Positions 22,074 to 32,632 of a stretch of 64,000 nt of DNA are shown here, piece after piece. The position numbers and the translations under genes are program-made. Source of the DNA: an uncultured Actinomycetes bacterium (GTDB lineage Bacteria > Actinomycetota > Thermoleophilia > UBA2241); NCBI GenBank assembly GCA_963725665.1, contig CAVRZA010000004.1, forward strand, positions 32,001 through 96,000, written 5' to 3'. The first letter of the stretch is position 1. Every line of letters starts with the position of its first letter. Below the pieces are notes generated by a model that was given only the letters and a program-made list of their open reading frames with translations, ran no database searches and was not told the DNA's origin.

Positions 22074-23841
22074 GTGCATCTGATCGCCGACGCTCACTGG
22101 TCACTGCATCGCGCCTGGCAGATCCTCGAGAAGGAGCTGCTCACCCCGGCCCGCGAGCTGCCCACCGCCTCGCCCGAGATCCTCCCCCGTGTCACCATCG
22201 AGCGCGATGTGCCCGTGACCATGTCGGACGGGGTGCGGCTCTTCGCCGACGTCTACCTGCCCGACGGCCCGGGAGCGGCGGCGCCATTCCCCGCGGTCCT
22301 CATCCGCATGCCCTACGGCAAGCAGGAGGCCTACTGCTACATGCCCTCGCACGGCAAATACTGGGCGCGGCGGGGCTACGCCTGCGTCATCCAGGACGTG
22401 CGCGGCCGCTGGGGTTCGGAGGGCGTCTACGAGCCCTTCGTCAACGAGGCCAAGGACGGCTACGAGACCCTCGACTGGGTGGCCGCACAGCCCTGGTGCA
22501 ACGGTAAGATAGGCATGACGGGCGAGTCCTACTACGGCTACACGCAGTGGGCCGTCGCCCCTTTGGGGCACCCTAACCTCGTCTGCATCGCGCCCGGCGA
22601 CACGGCCGCCGACATCTACGCCTCCTGGGTCTTCAACAACAACGCCTTCTGTCTGCAGACGATGGGCGGCTGGGCTTACGTGATCAACGGCTCGCAAGAC
22701 GTCAACCAGTTCCGCTTCGACCCCTGGCGCCTGCCGCTGGCCGACATCCCCGCCGCGGCCGGCGGCGAGAGCAAAGCCTACTCGGAGTGGATGGCGCACC
22801 CCGCGCGCGACGCCTACTGGGACCGGATCAACGTCTGCCAGCGCTACGAGGACGTGAAGATCCCGGTCATGCACTGGGGCGGGTGGTACGACGTCTTCTT
22901 GAACGGCACCATCGACGGCTGGCGGGGCGTGCGCGAGGCGAGCCCGGAGGCGCGCGGGTACCAGTGGCTGGTGATCGGCGCCACCGACCACGAGCTCTCG
23001 CCCGAGTTCACGGGCAAGATCGGCGCCGTGCCGATCGCTGGTCACGGCTACGCCCACGATCGCGTCAAGGAGTTCATGGACCACTGGCTCAGGGGAGAGG
23101 ACAACGCCCTGACGCGTGGCGGCCGGGTGCGCTACTTCACCATCGGCCGCGACGAGTGGCGGACGGCCGACGAGTGGCCGTTGCCCGAGACCGAGTTCAG
23201 GCGCTACTACCTGCACGGAGGCGGGCGCGCCGACACGCGCGTGAGTGACGGTGTGCTGAGCACCGAGGCGCCGCTCGACGAGCCGGCCGATCGCTTCGTC
23301 TACGACCCGCGCGACCCGGTGCGCTACTGGCTGGGCAAGGACCTCTGGGAGCTCGCCAGGCACCTGGGCGATCGGCGGCCGGTCGAGCGGCGCCCGGACG
23401 TACTCGTCTACACGAGCGAGCCCGCTCGCGGCCGACCTGGAGGTGACCGGGCCCCTTTCGGTGACCCTCCAGGCCGCCACCTCGGCACGCGACACCGACT
23501 TCACGGCGGCGCTCGTCGACGTCTTCCCCGACGGCTACGCGCACCTCGTGCGCGAGGGCATCGTGCGGGCGCGCTTTCGTGAGTCAGATGCACGCGAGAG
23601 CCCGGTCGAGCCGGATGCGGTGTACGGCTACGAGATCGACCTCTGGGCGACGAGCTACGTCTTTGCCGCCGGACACCGCATCCGGCTCGAGATCTCGAGC
23701 AGCAACTTCGACCGCTACGATCGCAACCTCAACTCGGGGCGCTTCGCGCACGACGACGAGATCGTCTGGGCGCGCCAGGTCATTCACCACTCACAGCAGT
23801 ATCCGAGCTACCTCACGCTGCCGGTCATCCAGGGGCCGTGA
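22074..23841 (+). CDS. Second CocE/NonD-family hydrolase (frameshift near 23425)
   Basis: MSDGVRLFADVY, QDVRGRWGSEG, GESYYG, GGWYD, GHRIRLEISSSNF. Confidence 0.88.
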
Positions 23842-23919
23842 CAGTCGTGCGACGGGGCCGCGGCGGTCCACGAAGCACCTCGTTTCGGATCCGTCGTTTC
23901 GTCGGGTATCCTTGTCAGC

Positions 23920-24783
23920 GTGGAGGGTGCGCCTGACAAGTGGGGCGTGCGACCGATGCCGGAGCGTGGATGTCCGGCTGGGGAGGTCGTCGCCGGGGCC
24001 TCCCTCGATCGACGGGCGACCTACCGTTCCGCCGCAGTCGTGCGTCTTCGGCGGGGCCGTTCTCCCGTCCTCGCCTGGCAGGGCTCGCCCGCCCCGCGCG
24101 CGTACGCGCGTCGGCTCATGCTCCCGGCGGCTGCCGTCGGCCTCGTGGCTCTGGCGATCGGCGTCACCCTTCTGTGGCTGTCGTTCCGTGGCGGCGCCAT
24201 GTTCGTCTATCCGCTCGTCGGCGTGCTCGCGACTGCGCTCGGCGTGTACGGCCTGCTGGTGCGTCCCGTGCTCGTCGTTCGCGCCTGCCGCCGCGTCCGC
24301 TATCGCATCGACCAGCGGGGCGTCGAGGTGCTGTGGTCACCCGAGCGCAGGATCCTGATACCTCCCGACCGTGTGCCGCCGTTCAGTGTGCTGCCCACCG
24401 GCCGCTCTCCGGCTGCGGGCGACAAGACAGTCGCGGGCGACAAGAGCGCGGCGGGCGACAAGACCGCGGCGGGCGACTCTGCGAACGACCCGACGGCCGA
24501 TCCGGCGGGTGATCACACGTCAAAGGCCCTCACCGACGTGCTCTTCGCCGGCCGCCCGCCATGGGTCAGCCCCTGGGGCGCCTGGCGCATCGTCGACGAT
24601 ACGTGGGGCCTCGTCGGCCTCGTGCGTCCCGACGAGGCCATCGCCGCCCTCGAGCAGCTCCGGGCGGCGAGCCCGACGCCGACGGCCTGGGCCGTCGGCG
24701 TCGCGACGCCACCCTTCGACCACGTCTTTGTGCCTTGGCTCACGCATCTCCTTCGTCGTCTTCTGCCCTGGCGCGAGAGGTGA
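23920..24783 (+). CDS. Hypothetical membrane protein (start uncertain)
   Basis: Two hydrophobic helices followed by RYRIDQRGV; internal AGDK repeats. Confidence 0.45.
   Translation: MEGAPDKWGVRPMPERGCPAGEVVAGASLDRRATYRSAAVVRLRRGRSPVLAWQGSPAPRAYARRLMLPAAAVGLVALAIGVTLLWLSFRGGAMFVYPLVGVLATALGVYGLLVRPVLVVRACRRVRYRIDQRGVEVLWSPERRILIPPDRVPPFSVLPTGRSPAAGDKTVAGDKSAAGDKTAAGDSANDPTADPAGDHTSKALTDVLFAGRPPWVSPWGAWRIVDDTWGLVGLVRPDEAIAALEQLRAASPTPTAWAVGVATPPFDHVFVPWLTHLLRRLLPWRER
24415..24477 (+). repeat. In-frame 18-bp tandem repeat, 3.5 copies
   Basis: GCGGGCGACAAGA core repeated, encoding AGDKTV/AGDKSA/AGDKTA/AGD. Confidence 0.8.
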
Positions 24784-24792
24784 GCGCACCTC

Positions 24793-26338
24793 CTACGCCC
24801 GCCGGGTGTCGTCGGCGACAAGCGGCGGCGCGTCCAGCGGGCAGCTGAAGCCGGCAAGCTTCCTCAAGACACAGACGCTCTCCATGGTCGCAAAGGCCGC
24901 CACACCGCCGGCCGCACACAAGGCGGCGGCGAGCCACATGGCGTGCTTGTACCCGGTGGCGAACGTCGTCGGCTCCAGATAGGCGGCGCCGGTCAGCCCC
25001 ACGGCTACCGGCAGTGCCGCTACCGCGATGACTCCCGCCGCGCGCGCGGCGGTGTTATTGATCGCCGACGCCAGCCCGGCGTGTTCCCCGGGAGCCGCGG
25101 CGAGCACGGCGGCGGTCAGCGGTGAAACGGTCAGGGCCAGGCCCAATGAGAAGACCGTCACCGCCGGCAGGAACGCCGTCACATAGCCGCTGCCGTCCTG
25201 GATCAGGGAGAGCAGGATGAGCCCGGCCGCGGCCAGGAGCGGGCCGGCCGTCATGGGCAGGCGTGGGCCGACGCGCTGCGAGAGGCGTCCGGCCCAGGGC
25301 GAGAGCACCAGCATGACGGCCGTGATCGGCAGCAGCGCGATACCGGCCTCGAGTGGCGAGTAGCCGAGAACCTGCTGAAGCTGGAGCGGGATGAGGAAGA
25401 GGGTCCCGTACACGGCGGCGTAGATGAGCAGGGTCGCGGCGTTGGCGCCGGCGAACTGCCGCGAGCGGAAGATCGACAGCGGCAGCATGGGGTGCTGCAG
25501 GCGCGACTCGAGGGTTAGGAAGCCCAACAGTGCGGCGGCGGCGGTCACGAACGCGGCGACGACGAGGGTCGAAGACCACCCCTAGCCGGCCCCTCGATGA
25601 CGCCGAAGACCAGAGAACCCAACCCGATCGCCGCGAGCGCCGCTCCCCAGGTGTCGAGACGTCCTGCCGCAGAGTCATCCCGCGTCTCGGGCACGTGTCG
25701 CAGCGAGATCCACACCACAGCCAGCACGAGCGGCAGGTTGATGAGGAAGATGAGGCGCCACGACACGGCTTGGATGAAGTAGCCGCCCACGAACGGGCCC
25801 AGCGCCGTCGCGACACCCGCGAGCCCCGACCAGAGGCCGATCGCCGGCGCGCGATCCTCGCGACGGAACGTCGCCTGCAGGATCGCCAGGCTGCCCGGCA
25901 CCAGGAGGGCGGCTCCGACTCCCTGTAGGGCTCGCGCCGCGATCAAGATCCAGATCGACGGTGCGAGCCCGCAGAGCAGCGAGGCCGCGGCGAACCACAC
26001 GACGCCGATGACGAATATGCGGCGACGACCGTGCCGGTCGCCGAGCGAGCCGCCGACGAGCAAGAACGCCGAGAGGGTCAAGGCGTAGGCGGTGATCGTC
26101 CACTGCAGGGCCGCCATCCCCGCCCCAAACTCGCGGCCGATGGCGGGCAGGGCGACGTTCACCACCGTCCCGTCGATCATGACGATGCCCGAGCCAAGGA
26201 CCGTGGCGACGACGACCCAGCGCCCGGCCGCGCTCTTGAGACTCAATCGCAGTCGATGCCTCGCCCGTCGCGGTCCCGGCCATCGCTACTTCGCCGTCCG
26301 CTGCCGGCGACCTGGTGGGCACCGGTTCGCTTGCCACC
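24793..26338 (-). CDS. DHA2-type MFS transporter (frameshifts near 25585 and 26250)
   Basis: DGTVVNVALP, GDRHGRRR, WRLIFLINLP, about 14 TM segments over two frames. Confidence 0.85.
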
Positions 26339-26536
26339 CGCCTACCTCCCAGATCCTGGTGCTCGGGCGTCTCGGGACGCCGCGCGGCTACCGCCTGCGG
26401 CTCCCGCCGCCCAAGGACTGCTATGCCCGCAGACAGGCGCGGGTGACCGTTGGCGGACGGCGCGTGACCCCAGACGTCTCTGCGGCCTCGGGAATCATCG
26501 GTGGTCGTATGGCGCCGCGCGTGGTAAATAGCCTCC

Positions 26537-27334
26537 ATGGACCGGCTTCGCTTTGGCACGTACCTGGCGCCTAACATACTGCCGGTGTACCGGGCGGTCG
26601 CCGAAGAGGTTGGGCGACGGCTGGGGATCGCCACAGAGCTCGTGGTAGAGACCGACTACGAAAGCTGCGCCCGAGACGAGAATGAAGTCTGCTTCGTGTG
26701 CAGCCTGCCCTACGTGGAGTTCGAGCGTCGCGGCATCTCTCCGGCCGTTCCGATCGCTGCGCCGGTCCTCATGGGCGACCGCTACGGCGACAGACCGATC
26801 TACTTCTCGGACGTCATCGTCCACCGTGACAGCCCCTTGCAGCGGTTCCTGGACTTGCGCGGTCGGTCCTGGGCCTACAACGAGCCGCTGTCGCACTCGG
26901 GCTACGGAGTCGTGCGCTATCACCTGGTGGAGCTGGGGGAGACGCGCGGGTTCTTCGGCGAAGTCGTCGACGCCGGCTTTCATGAGGAGTCGGTACGAAT
27001 GGTCGCCGACCGCAGGGTCGATGCCTCCGCCATCGACTCTCAGGTGCTGGAGGTGGCCATGCGCGACGATGCGTCTCTGGTCGAGTCGCTGCGCGTCATC
27101 GACACTCTTGGTCCGTCCACGATCCAGCCCGTCGCTGCGTCGAAGCGACTGCCACTCGAACTGCGTGACCGCATCCAGAGGATCCTGATCTCCCTGCATG
27201 AGGATAGCGATGTGCGGCAGCGCCTCGCCTGGGGGCTTGTGAAGCGGTTCGTGCCGGTGGGTCCCTCGTCCTATGACGATATTCGCATGATGCTGCAGGC
27301 CTGCGAGGCCGCCGGGTTCATGCGCATCCGCTGA
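26537..27334 (+). CDS. PhnD/SsuA-like binding-fold protein lacking a signal peptide
   Basis: YFSDVIV, DLRGRSWAYNEPLSHSGY, HEESVRMV, DASAIDS. Confidence 0.75.
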   Translation: MDRLRFGTYLAPNILPVYRAVAEEVGRRLGIATELVVETDYESCARDENEVCFVCSLPYVEFERRGISPAVPIAAPVLMGDRYGDRPIYFSDVIVHRDSPLQRFLDLRGRSWAYNEPLSHSGYGVVRYHLVELGETRGFFGEVVDAGFHEESVRMVADRRVDASAIDSQVLEVAMRDDASLVESLRVIDTLGPSTIQPVAASKRLPLELRDRIQRILISLHEDSDVRQRLAWGLVKRFVPVGPSSYDDIRMMLQACEAAGFMRIR

Positions 27335-27408
27335 CTGTCTGGCGCCGCCCCGCCCGGGGTACACAACTCCTCAGTGGGCCACGTACTACGACCCTGGGGA
27401 GGCGTGAA

Positions 27409-28440
27409 GTGAAAGCGGCGCGGCTGCATTCTTACGGCGACGATTGGCTCTACCTCGACGAGGTGCCCGACCCCCAGATCGCCGGTCCTCACGACGTGAT
27501 CGTCCGCATCGGCGGAGCCGGCGTCTGCCGCACCGACCTGCACGTTATGGAGGGCATCTGGCGAGGCATCCAGGACCCGCGACTGCCCTACACGCTCGGG
27601 CACGAGAACGCGGGGTGGGTCGAGGAGGTAGGCTCGTCGGTCACCACGCTGCGGCCGGGCGACGCCGTCATCGTGCACCCGCTGATGACCGACGGGGTCT
27701 GCCCCGCCTGCCGCAGAGGCGAGGACATGCACTGTGAGCACGGCAAGTTCCCGGGCCTCAACGTCGATGGCGGCTTTGCGCACTACCTCAAGACCGTCGA
27801 GCGCTCGACCCTCAAGCTCGAGGAGGGTCTCGCGCCCAAAGATGTCGCCGCCTACGCCGACGCCGGCTTGACCGCCTACCGCGCGGTGAAGAAGGCGACG
27901 GGCGTGCTGCCGCCGGGGGCCCGTTGCGCCGTCATCGGCATCGGCGGCCTCGGACACATCGGAGTCCAGTGCCTGAGGGCCATGAGCGGCGCCGAGATCA
28001 TCGCCGTCGACGTCTCCGATGAGGCCCTGCAGCTGGCCAAGCGCATGGGCGCCGACAGCGTGGTGAAGGCCGGCGAGGACGCCGTCGCTCACGTTCGCGA
28101 GCTCACCGGCGGAAGGGGAGTAGAGGCCGTGCTCGACTTCGTGGGCGAGCTGGGCACGACGGCGCAGGGCCCGGCGATGCTCGCGGTGGGCGGGACGTAC
28201 TTCGTCATCGGCTACGGCGGCCGCGTCGAGCTCCCTGCCATCGAGATCATCTCGCGCGAGATCAGCGTGGTCGGCAGCCTCGTGGGCAGCTTCACAGAGC
28301 TAGCCGAGCTCATGGCCCTGGCCGCTCGCGGCAAGGTCAAGCTCGAGACACGGGACTACAGCCTCGACGACGTCAATGAGGCGCTGGCCGACCTGCGGGA
28401 CGGCCGCCTTCATGGCCGCGCCGTGCTTGTGCCGGCGTGA
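27409..28440 (+). CDS. Zn-dependent NAD(P) alcohol dehydrogenase
   Basis: GVCRTDLH, GHENAG, DGVCPACRRGEDMHC, GIGGLG. Confidence 0.92.
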   Translation: MKAARLHSYGDDWLYLDEVPDPQIAGPHDVIVRIGGAGVCRTDLHVMEGIWRGIQDPRLPYTLGHENAGWVEEVGSSVTTLRPGDAVIVHPLMTDGVCPACRRGEDMHCEHGKFPGLNVDGGFAHYLKTVERSTLKLEEGLAPKDVAAYADAGLTAYRAVKKATGVLPPGARCAVIGIGGLGHIGVQCLRAMSGAEIIAVDVSDEALQLAKRMGADSVVKAGEDAVAHVRELTGGRGVEAVLDFVGELGTTAQGPAMLAVGGTYFVIGYGGRVELPAIEIISREISVVGSLVGSFTELAELMALAARGKVKLETRDYSLDDVNEALADLRDGRLHGRAVLVPA

Positions 28441-28495
28441 GCACGGCGCGAAGCAAGGCTCAAACGACCAACCTACGCATCGAAGGAGGAGTGAC

Positions 28496-28846
28496 ATGAG
28501 CAACCAGCGCACCCCGGAGGAAGTGTTCGCGCACCACGGCCAAGTCTTGGGGGCCGGCGACATCGAGGGCATCGTCAGCGACTACTCCGACGACGCCATC
28601 TTCATCAGCCCCGATGGTATCTTGCGCGGCAAGGAGGGTGTCCGGCAGGCGTTCGTGAAGCTCGTCGGCGACGTGCCCAACGCGCAGTGGAAGCTCGACA
28701 CCAAGTTCGTCGACGACATCTTGTTCCTCGAGTGGTCGGCGGAGTCGGCACACACGCGCGTAGAGGACGGCATCGACACGTTCGTCTTTCGCGACGGCCT
28801 GATCCGGGTGCAGACCGTGCGCTACACGCTGCAGCGCAAGGACTGA
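28496..28846 (+). CDS. NTF2/SnoaL-like protein
   Basis: GGAGG RBS; DYSDDAIF, LFLEWSA, DGIDTFVFRDGLIRVQT. Confidence 0.85.
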   Translation: MSNQRTPEEVFAHHGQVLGAGDIEGIVSDYSDDAIFISPDGILRGKEGVRQAFVKLVGDVPNAQWKLDTKFVDDILFLEWSAESAHTRVEDGIDTFVFRDGLIRVQTVRYTLQRKD

Positions 28847-28876
28847 AGCGCGCAGTTCGGGCGGCACGAGGCGGCC

Positions 28877-29461
28877 CTGGTCTTCGCGATCTCCTACGAG
28901 CAGGCGACCTGGTTCCTCGTCGTCGTCGCGTGGGCGGCCTGGATCTTTCTGGGCAGCGGTCGCCGGCGCCCCGAGGTCGGCGACAAGCATGAGGACCAGG
29001 GGACGCTGGCGTGGGCCTGGGCTGTAACGGGCGGTTCGCTCGTGCTGGCCATCGCGGTCGCGCTCGTGGTGCCGTGGGCCGGCCTGCCCGGCGAACCGTG
29101 GGTCGCAAGGCTCCTCGGCTCGCTTGTGGCGCTCTCGGGGGTAGCCCTGCGCGAGTGGGCGATCCTGACGCTCGGCCGCCTCTTCACGCAGAGCGTCATG
29201 ATCCGTGAGCAGCACGTGGTCGTCGCCACGGGGCCCTACCGCTGGCTCCGCCATCCGTCCTATACCGGGACGCTCCTCACGCTCGTCGGTCTGATGCTTA
29301 CGCTGGACAACTGGCTGAGCGTCATCGTGGTGATAGTGGGGTTCCTCGTCGGCCACATCCCGCGCATACGGTTGGAGGAGCGGGTCCTGGAGGAGAACCT
29401 CGGCGAGTCCTACAGGGAGTTCGAGCGAGGGCGCAAGCGACTCGTGCCGGGGGTCTGGTAG
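28877..29461 (+). CDS. Isoprenylcysteine carboxyl methyltransferase family membrane protein (start uncertain)
   Basis: TGPYRWLRHPSYTG and IRLEERVL motifs; frame is open upstream to 28847. Confidence 0.8.
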   Translation: MVFAISYEQATWFLVVVAWAAWIFLGSGRRRPEVGDKHEDQGTLAWAWAVTGGSLVLAIAVALVVPWAGLPGEPWVARLLGSLVALSGVALREWAILTLGRLFTQSVMIREQHVVVATGPYRWLRHPSYTGTLLTLVGLMLTLDNWLSVIVVIVGFLVGHIPRIRLEERVLEENLGESYREFERGRKRLVPGVW

Positions 29462-29580
29462 TCCGCGTTCGGCGTGCGGCCACTGCGGCCTTGGCGCGTA
29501 GCTCGCACGCCTCGTCGCCGAGTCTACGTCCGCCGACGACAAGGACGAACCTTCGCGCCAAGCGGGAAGAACCTCGTCGT

Positions 29581-30574
29581 GATGGATGAGCTGCTCCTCC
29601 TCGAGCGTCTCTCGGACAGGGACCTGACCGTGCTCGCGCAGGCGGGCGGCGAGCGCGGCGGCGACGCCGCCGCGCTCGCCGCCCGCCTGCGCCTCCAGCC
29701 GGAACGCATCGACGACCTTCTCGGGCGGCCGGAGGTCTTCGCAGCCCTCTTCGGCTCGACTCAGCAGGATCCGCTGCTGGTCGTCGCTCCCTTCCTTGCC
29801 ATCTCGGTGCTGCTGGCGCGCACGGCCTCCGTCCTTGAGGAGGTCGCCTACGTGCCGGAATGGGTCGGCAGCCGGCAGCGCGTGCCCGTCTTCGAGGTCG
29901 AGCCGCTGCGAGAGTTCCTGGCCGGTCCGCTGCGGCGTATCTTCCTGGCCGACCTGCTTGCCTCCTACACGCACGTCGCGAGCGGGGCGCTCTGGGTGAA
30001 GAGCCGCCGTGGCTGGCGGCACCGCCGCTTCAGCGAGCTCGACCCGGCGCAGTTCGCGACGCTCATCCTGTCGGTGCCGCCCGAGGAGCGGCTGGCGCTC
30101 TACCGGCGTCTCGGCGACTTGGCTCTGTTCCTGACCGGCGTGTTTCCCGACTACGTCGAGAAGAGGACGATGACCCCGATCGCCGTCGAGCGGCTGCGTC
30201 GTGCGGTCGCCGGCGACAGGTGGGTGAGCGATGGCGGCCGAGGGGACAAGAGGGCGGCCGGCAGCCGAGGGGTTCAGACGGCGGCCGGCGTACTGCCTGC
30301 GGATCTGCCGGCGGACGACTCAGACGACTGGCCGGGCGAAGGCTGGGGCCGTGAGACGAGCCGCGGCGTGCCGGGCAATGTGGGCTTGCTCGAGTGGATC
30401 GGCCGGCGCTCGTACTGGCTGGCTTGGCAGGGAGTCGAGTATCGCCAGCTCGGCCTCGCGCCAGCCCTCGGCGACGTCGCCCGGCGCTTCAGGCACGCGC
30501 GCATGATCCTCAACTTCATGACCGAGCGCTACCTGTTCGAGCACCGTCAGCGCTGGTTCCCGCTGGGGTCGTAG
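29581..30574 (+). CDS. Conserved hypothetical protein
   Basis: Long ORF with coding-like codon bias; RRLGDLALFLTGVFPDY segment. Confidence 0.65.
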
Positions 30575-30624
30575 TAGGAGCGCGCAGTCCCGCGCGACGG
30601 CGGCCGCGAGCGACGCCCGCGGGC

Positions 30625-30891
30625 TCATCCGACCTCCCGCATCATGTGCTCCATCGACTCCACCTTGGCGCGCAGCTCGGCGAGGTCGGCCTTCATGGCT
30701 GACTGGACCTCACGCGTCTCCTTGGCCAGGCCCTCGTAGTCGGATACGAGCTTGCGGTACTGCTCCGTGCTTGTGCCCTTGGCCTTCTCGGCGTCGACGC
30801 CGGCTCTGCTCGCGACGAGGGTCGAGATCAGCGCGACGACGCCGATGACGATGATCGCGAGGATCAATGCTTCTGGCCATCCGATGTTCAT
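30625..30891 (-). CDS. Small membrane-anchored coiled-coil protein
   Basis: N-terminal TM helix then heptad pattern; 4-nt overlap with the ArsR gene. Confidence 0.7.
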   Translation of the reverse strand: MNIGWPEALILAIIVIGVVALISTLVASRAGVDAEKAKGTSTEQYRKLVSDYEGLAKETREVQSAMKADLAELRAKVESMEHMMREVG

Positions 30892-31226
30892 CTCTTCACC
30901 TTTCCGTCCGGTTGGTTCCCGTCGCTGAGTGTGGACACGGCCTCGATGACCCGTGCTGGTGTGAGGCGCTCGTCGAAGTCGGTCACCTCGTAGAAACGCA
31001 GCGCCTTGCCTTCGGCCGACACCTCGTGGCGTCCGACAATGAGTCCCGCCTTCTCCAGAATCTGGAGGTGCATGTGGAGCAGCGGCCGGCTGATGCCCAG
31101 CTCGCGTGCCAGTTCGCTCACGTACGCTTGGCGCTGGCTCAGCGCCGCGAGGATACGCAGGCGATGGGGGTTGCCCAGGGCGCCGAGCATCGTCAAGAGC
31201 TGATCGCCTGTGCGGTCTTCAGTCAT
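30888..31226 (-). CDS. ArsR-family transcriptional regulator
   Basis: ALGNPHRLRIL, VSELARELGISRPLLHMHL; AAGGAG RBS. Confidence 0.88.
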   Translation of the reverse strand: MTEDRTGDQLLTMLGALGNPHRLRILAALSQRQAYVSELARELGISRPLLHMHLQILEKAGLIVGRHEVSAEGKALRFYEVTDFDERLTPARVIEAVSTLSDGNQPDGKVKR

Positions 31227-31420
31227 GCTGCTCCTTCATATGTCAGAAATACATTACACATGAAGGAGAGGGCTGTCAACAAGAAGATACGGGAGTGGTG
31301 GCACGCAGTGCGTTGGCTGGTGGGAGATGCAGTGGGGTCGTGCGCCAGCGACGCGTTCACCTGAGGGCACTGTGGGTCCTGCCCCGGGGCGTCGACCGCG
31401 CGATATGATGACTGGCGCGT

Positions 31421-31497
31421 GGGCCTATAGCTCAGATGGTTAGAGCAGCCGACTCATAATCGGCCGGTCGCAGGTTCGAGTCCTGCTGGGCCCACCA
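31421..31497 (+). tRNA. tRNA with CAT anticodon, most likely tRNA-Ile2 (lysidine)
   Basis: Cloverleaf: acceptor GGGCCTA/TGGGCCC, anticodon arm GCCGA-CTCATAA-TCGGC, T-loop GTTCGAG, encoded CCA; G1-C72 pair and C4-G69/C5-G68 favour Ile2. Confidence 0.93.
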
Positions 31498-31581
31498 CGT
31501 TGTCAGATTGACAACGTTTCTCCCTGCAAACCGCTAGCTTCTGGCTACCCGGTCGCCGACCTCCCGCCGAGCGCCGCCCGA

Positions 31582-31992
31582 TCAGTCGTCAATTGGCTCA
31601 AGAGCCAGCTGCTCAATCCTGTCCTTCATGGCTTTGACCACTTCGGGGGAGTGCCCCTGCCAATCCGTGCACTCGCCCGTGACCCGCAGCGGCTCCCGGG
31701 AGCGGTATGACTTCGTCGGATTACCCGGATATTTCTTGTCCGTCAGATTGGGGTCATCCATAATCGGGCCGGTCGGTTCCACCATGTAGATTCTGCCGGG
31801 ACCTTCGCCGAGTGCCAGCTCCGCCCCCCAGGCGGCTGCATCCAGGGTGCCGGTCAGGTAGACGTAGGTTGTCATCCTATCCCGTTTACCGAAGTTAGGG
31901 GGATGGCCGGGCTCGATCAGGTCTCCTGGCTTCAGGTCAGCCCGTGTGCCATGGTAGAACCGCTGCGAACTCAGGTCGTCGATGGCTGCCAT
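31582..31992 (-). CDS. arr: Rifampin ADP-ribosyltransferase
   Basis: FYHGTRADL, AAWGAELA, RIYMVEPTG, DDPNLTDKKYPGNPTKSYRS. Confidence 0.92.
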   Translation of the reverse strand: MAAIDDLSSQRFYHGTRADLKPGDLIEPGHPPNFGKRDRMTTYVYLTGTLDAAAWGAELALGEGPGRIYMVEPTGPIMDDPNLTDKKYPGNPTKSYRSREPLRVTGECTDWQGHSPEVVKAMKDRIEQLALEPIDD

Positions 31993-32179
31993 CGGCTCGC
32001 TCCTCATACTGTTCGGCTGCGCTGCCGCGCGCCGGGGCAGGTCCGCCGGCGTCGACAACACACGCATTTCGAGACTCCTGTTTCCGTACCTTCCGGCTTG
32101 CGGCCGTTGATTATGCGGCACGACCCGGGACTTGCCGCAAGCCCCCACCTGCGCTGTATATTGAAAGTGGAAAGGAGGG

Positions 32180-32342
32180 GGGTACCGTCCTTTCCCTCTT
32201 CGCGGCACGAGAGGTTCTTCACCCTCTTCAGCAAGGCCGGCTCGATTGTCGTCGAGAGCGCCAGCATTCTCATCGAGTTCGTCGCAGCGCTGCACGGAGC
32301 TCTCCAACCGCATGCACGACACCGAGCACGCCGACGACGCGG
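32180..32342 (+). pseudogene. DUF47 (phosphate transport regulator) N-terminal fragment
   Basis: ERFFTLFSKAGSIVVESASILIEF, then ELSNRMHDTEHADD in another frame; truncated. Confidence 0.5.
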
Positions 32343-32458
32343 GTTCGAGAGTTGTCCACAGAGTGCACCTGAGGAGATCGGCGACCGTGCCGCCTGTGGC
32401 TAATGCCGGGCCTCACGCCGAGAGATCAGTATCCACCAGGCGCTGCAGTTCAATCCGA

Positions 32459-32489
32459 AAGTTCGAGAGCTGTCTGGTTAGATCCACCA
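32459..32489 (+). repeat. att-like repeat copy 1
   Basis: AAGTTCGAGAGCTGTCTGGTTAGATCCACCA. Confidence 0.9.
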
Positions 32490-32632
32490 AGCATTAGCAC
32501 GATAGTAGGGTCATTCAGACCTTGGTCTTGAGCCTGTCACCCCTGTTGGGCGGCAGGCTCTTTTCGTTGAGTTCGAGCTGTCAGGGAAGGCACCCAAACA
32601 GGACTCGAACTCACCGACTGACGCCGTCTTGT

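Noticed and set aside
31421-31497. Initiator or elongator tRNA-Met
   Set aside because: G1-C72 is paired, the anticodon stem lacks three consecutive G-C pairs, and the acceptor stem fits Ile2; elongator Met is not fully excluded
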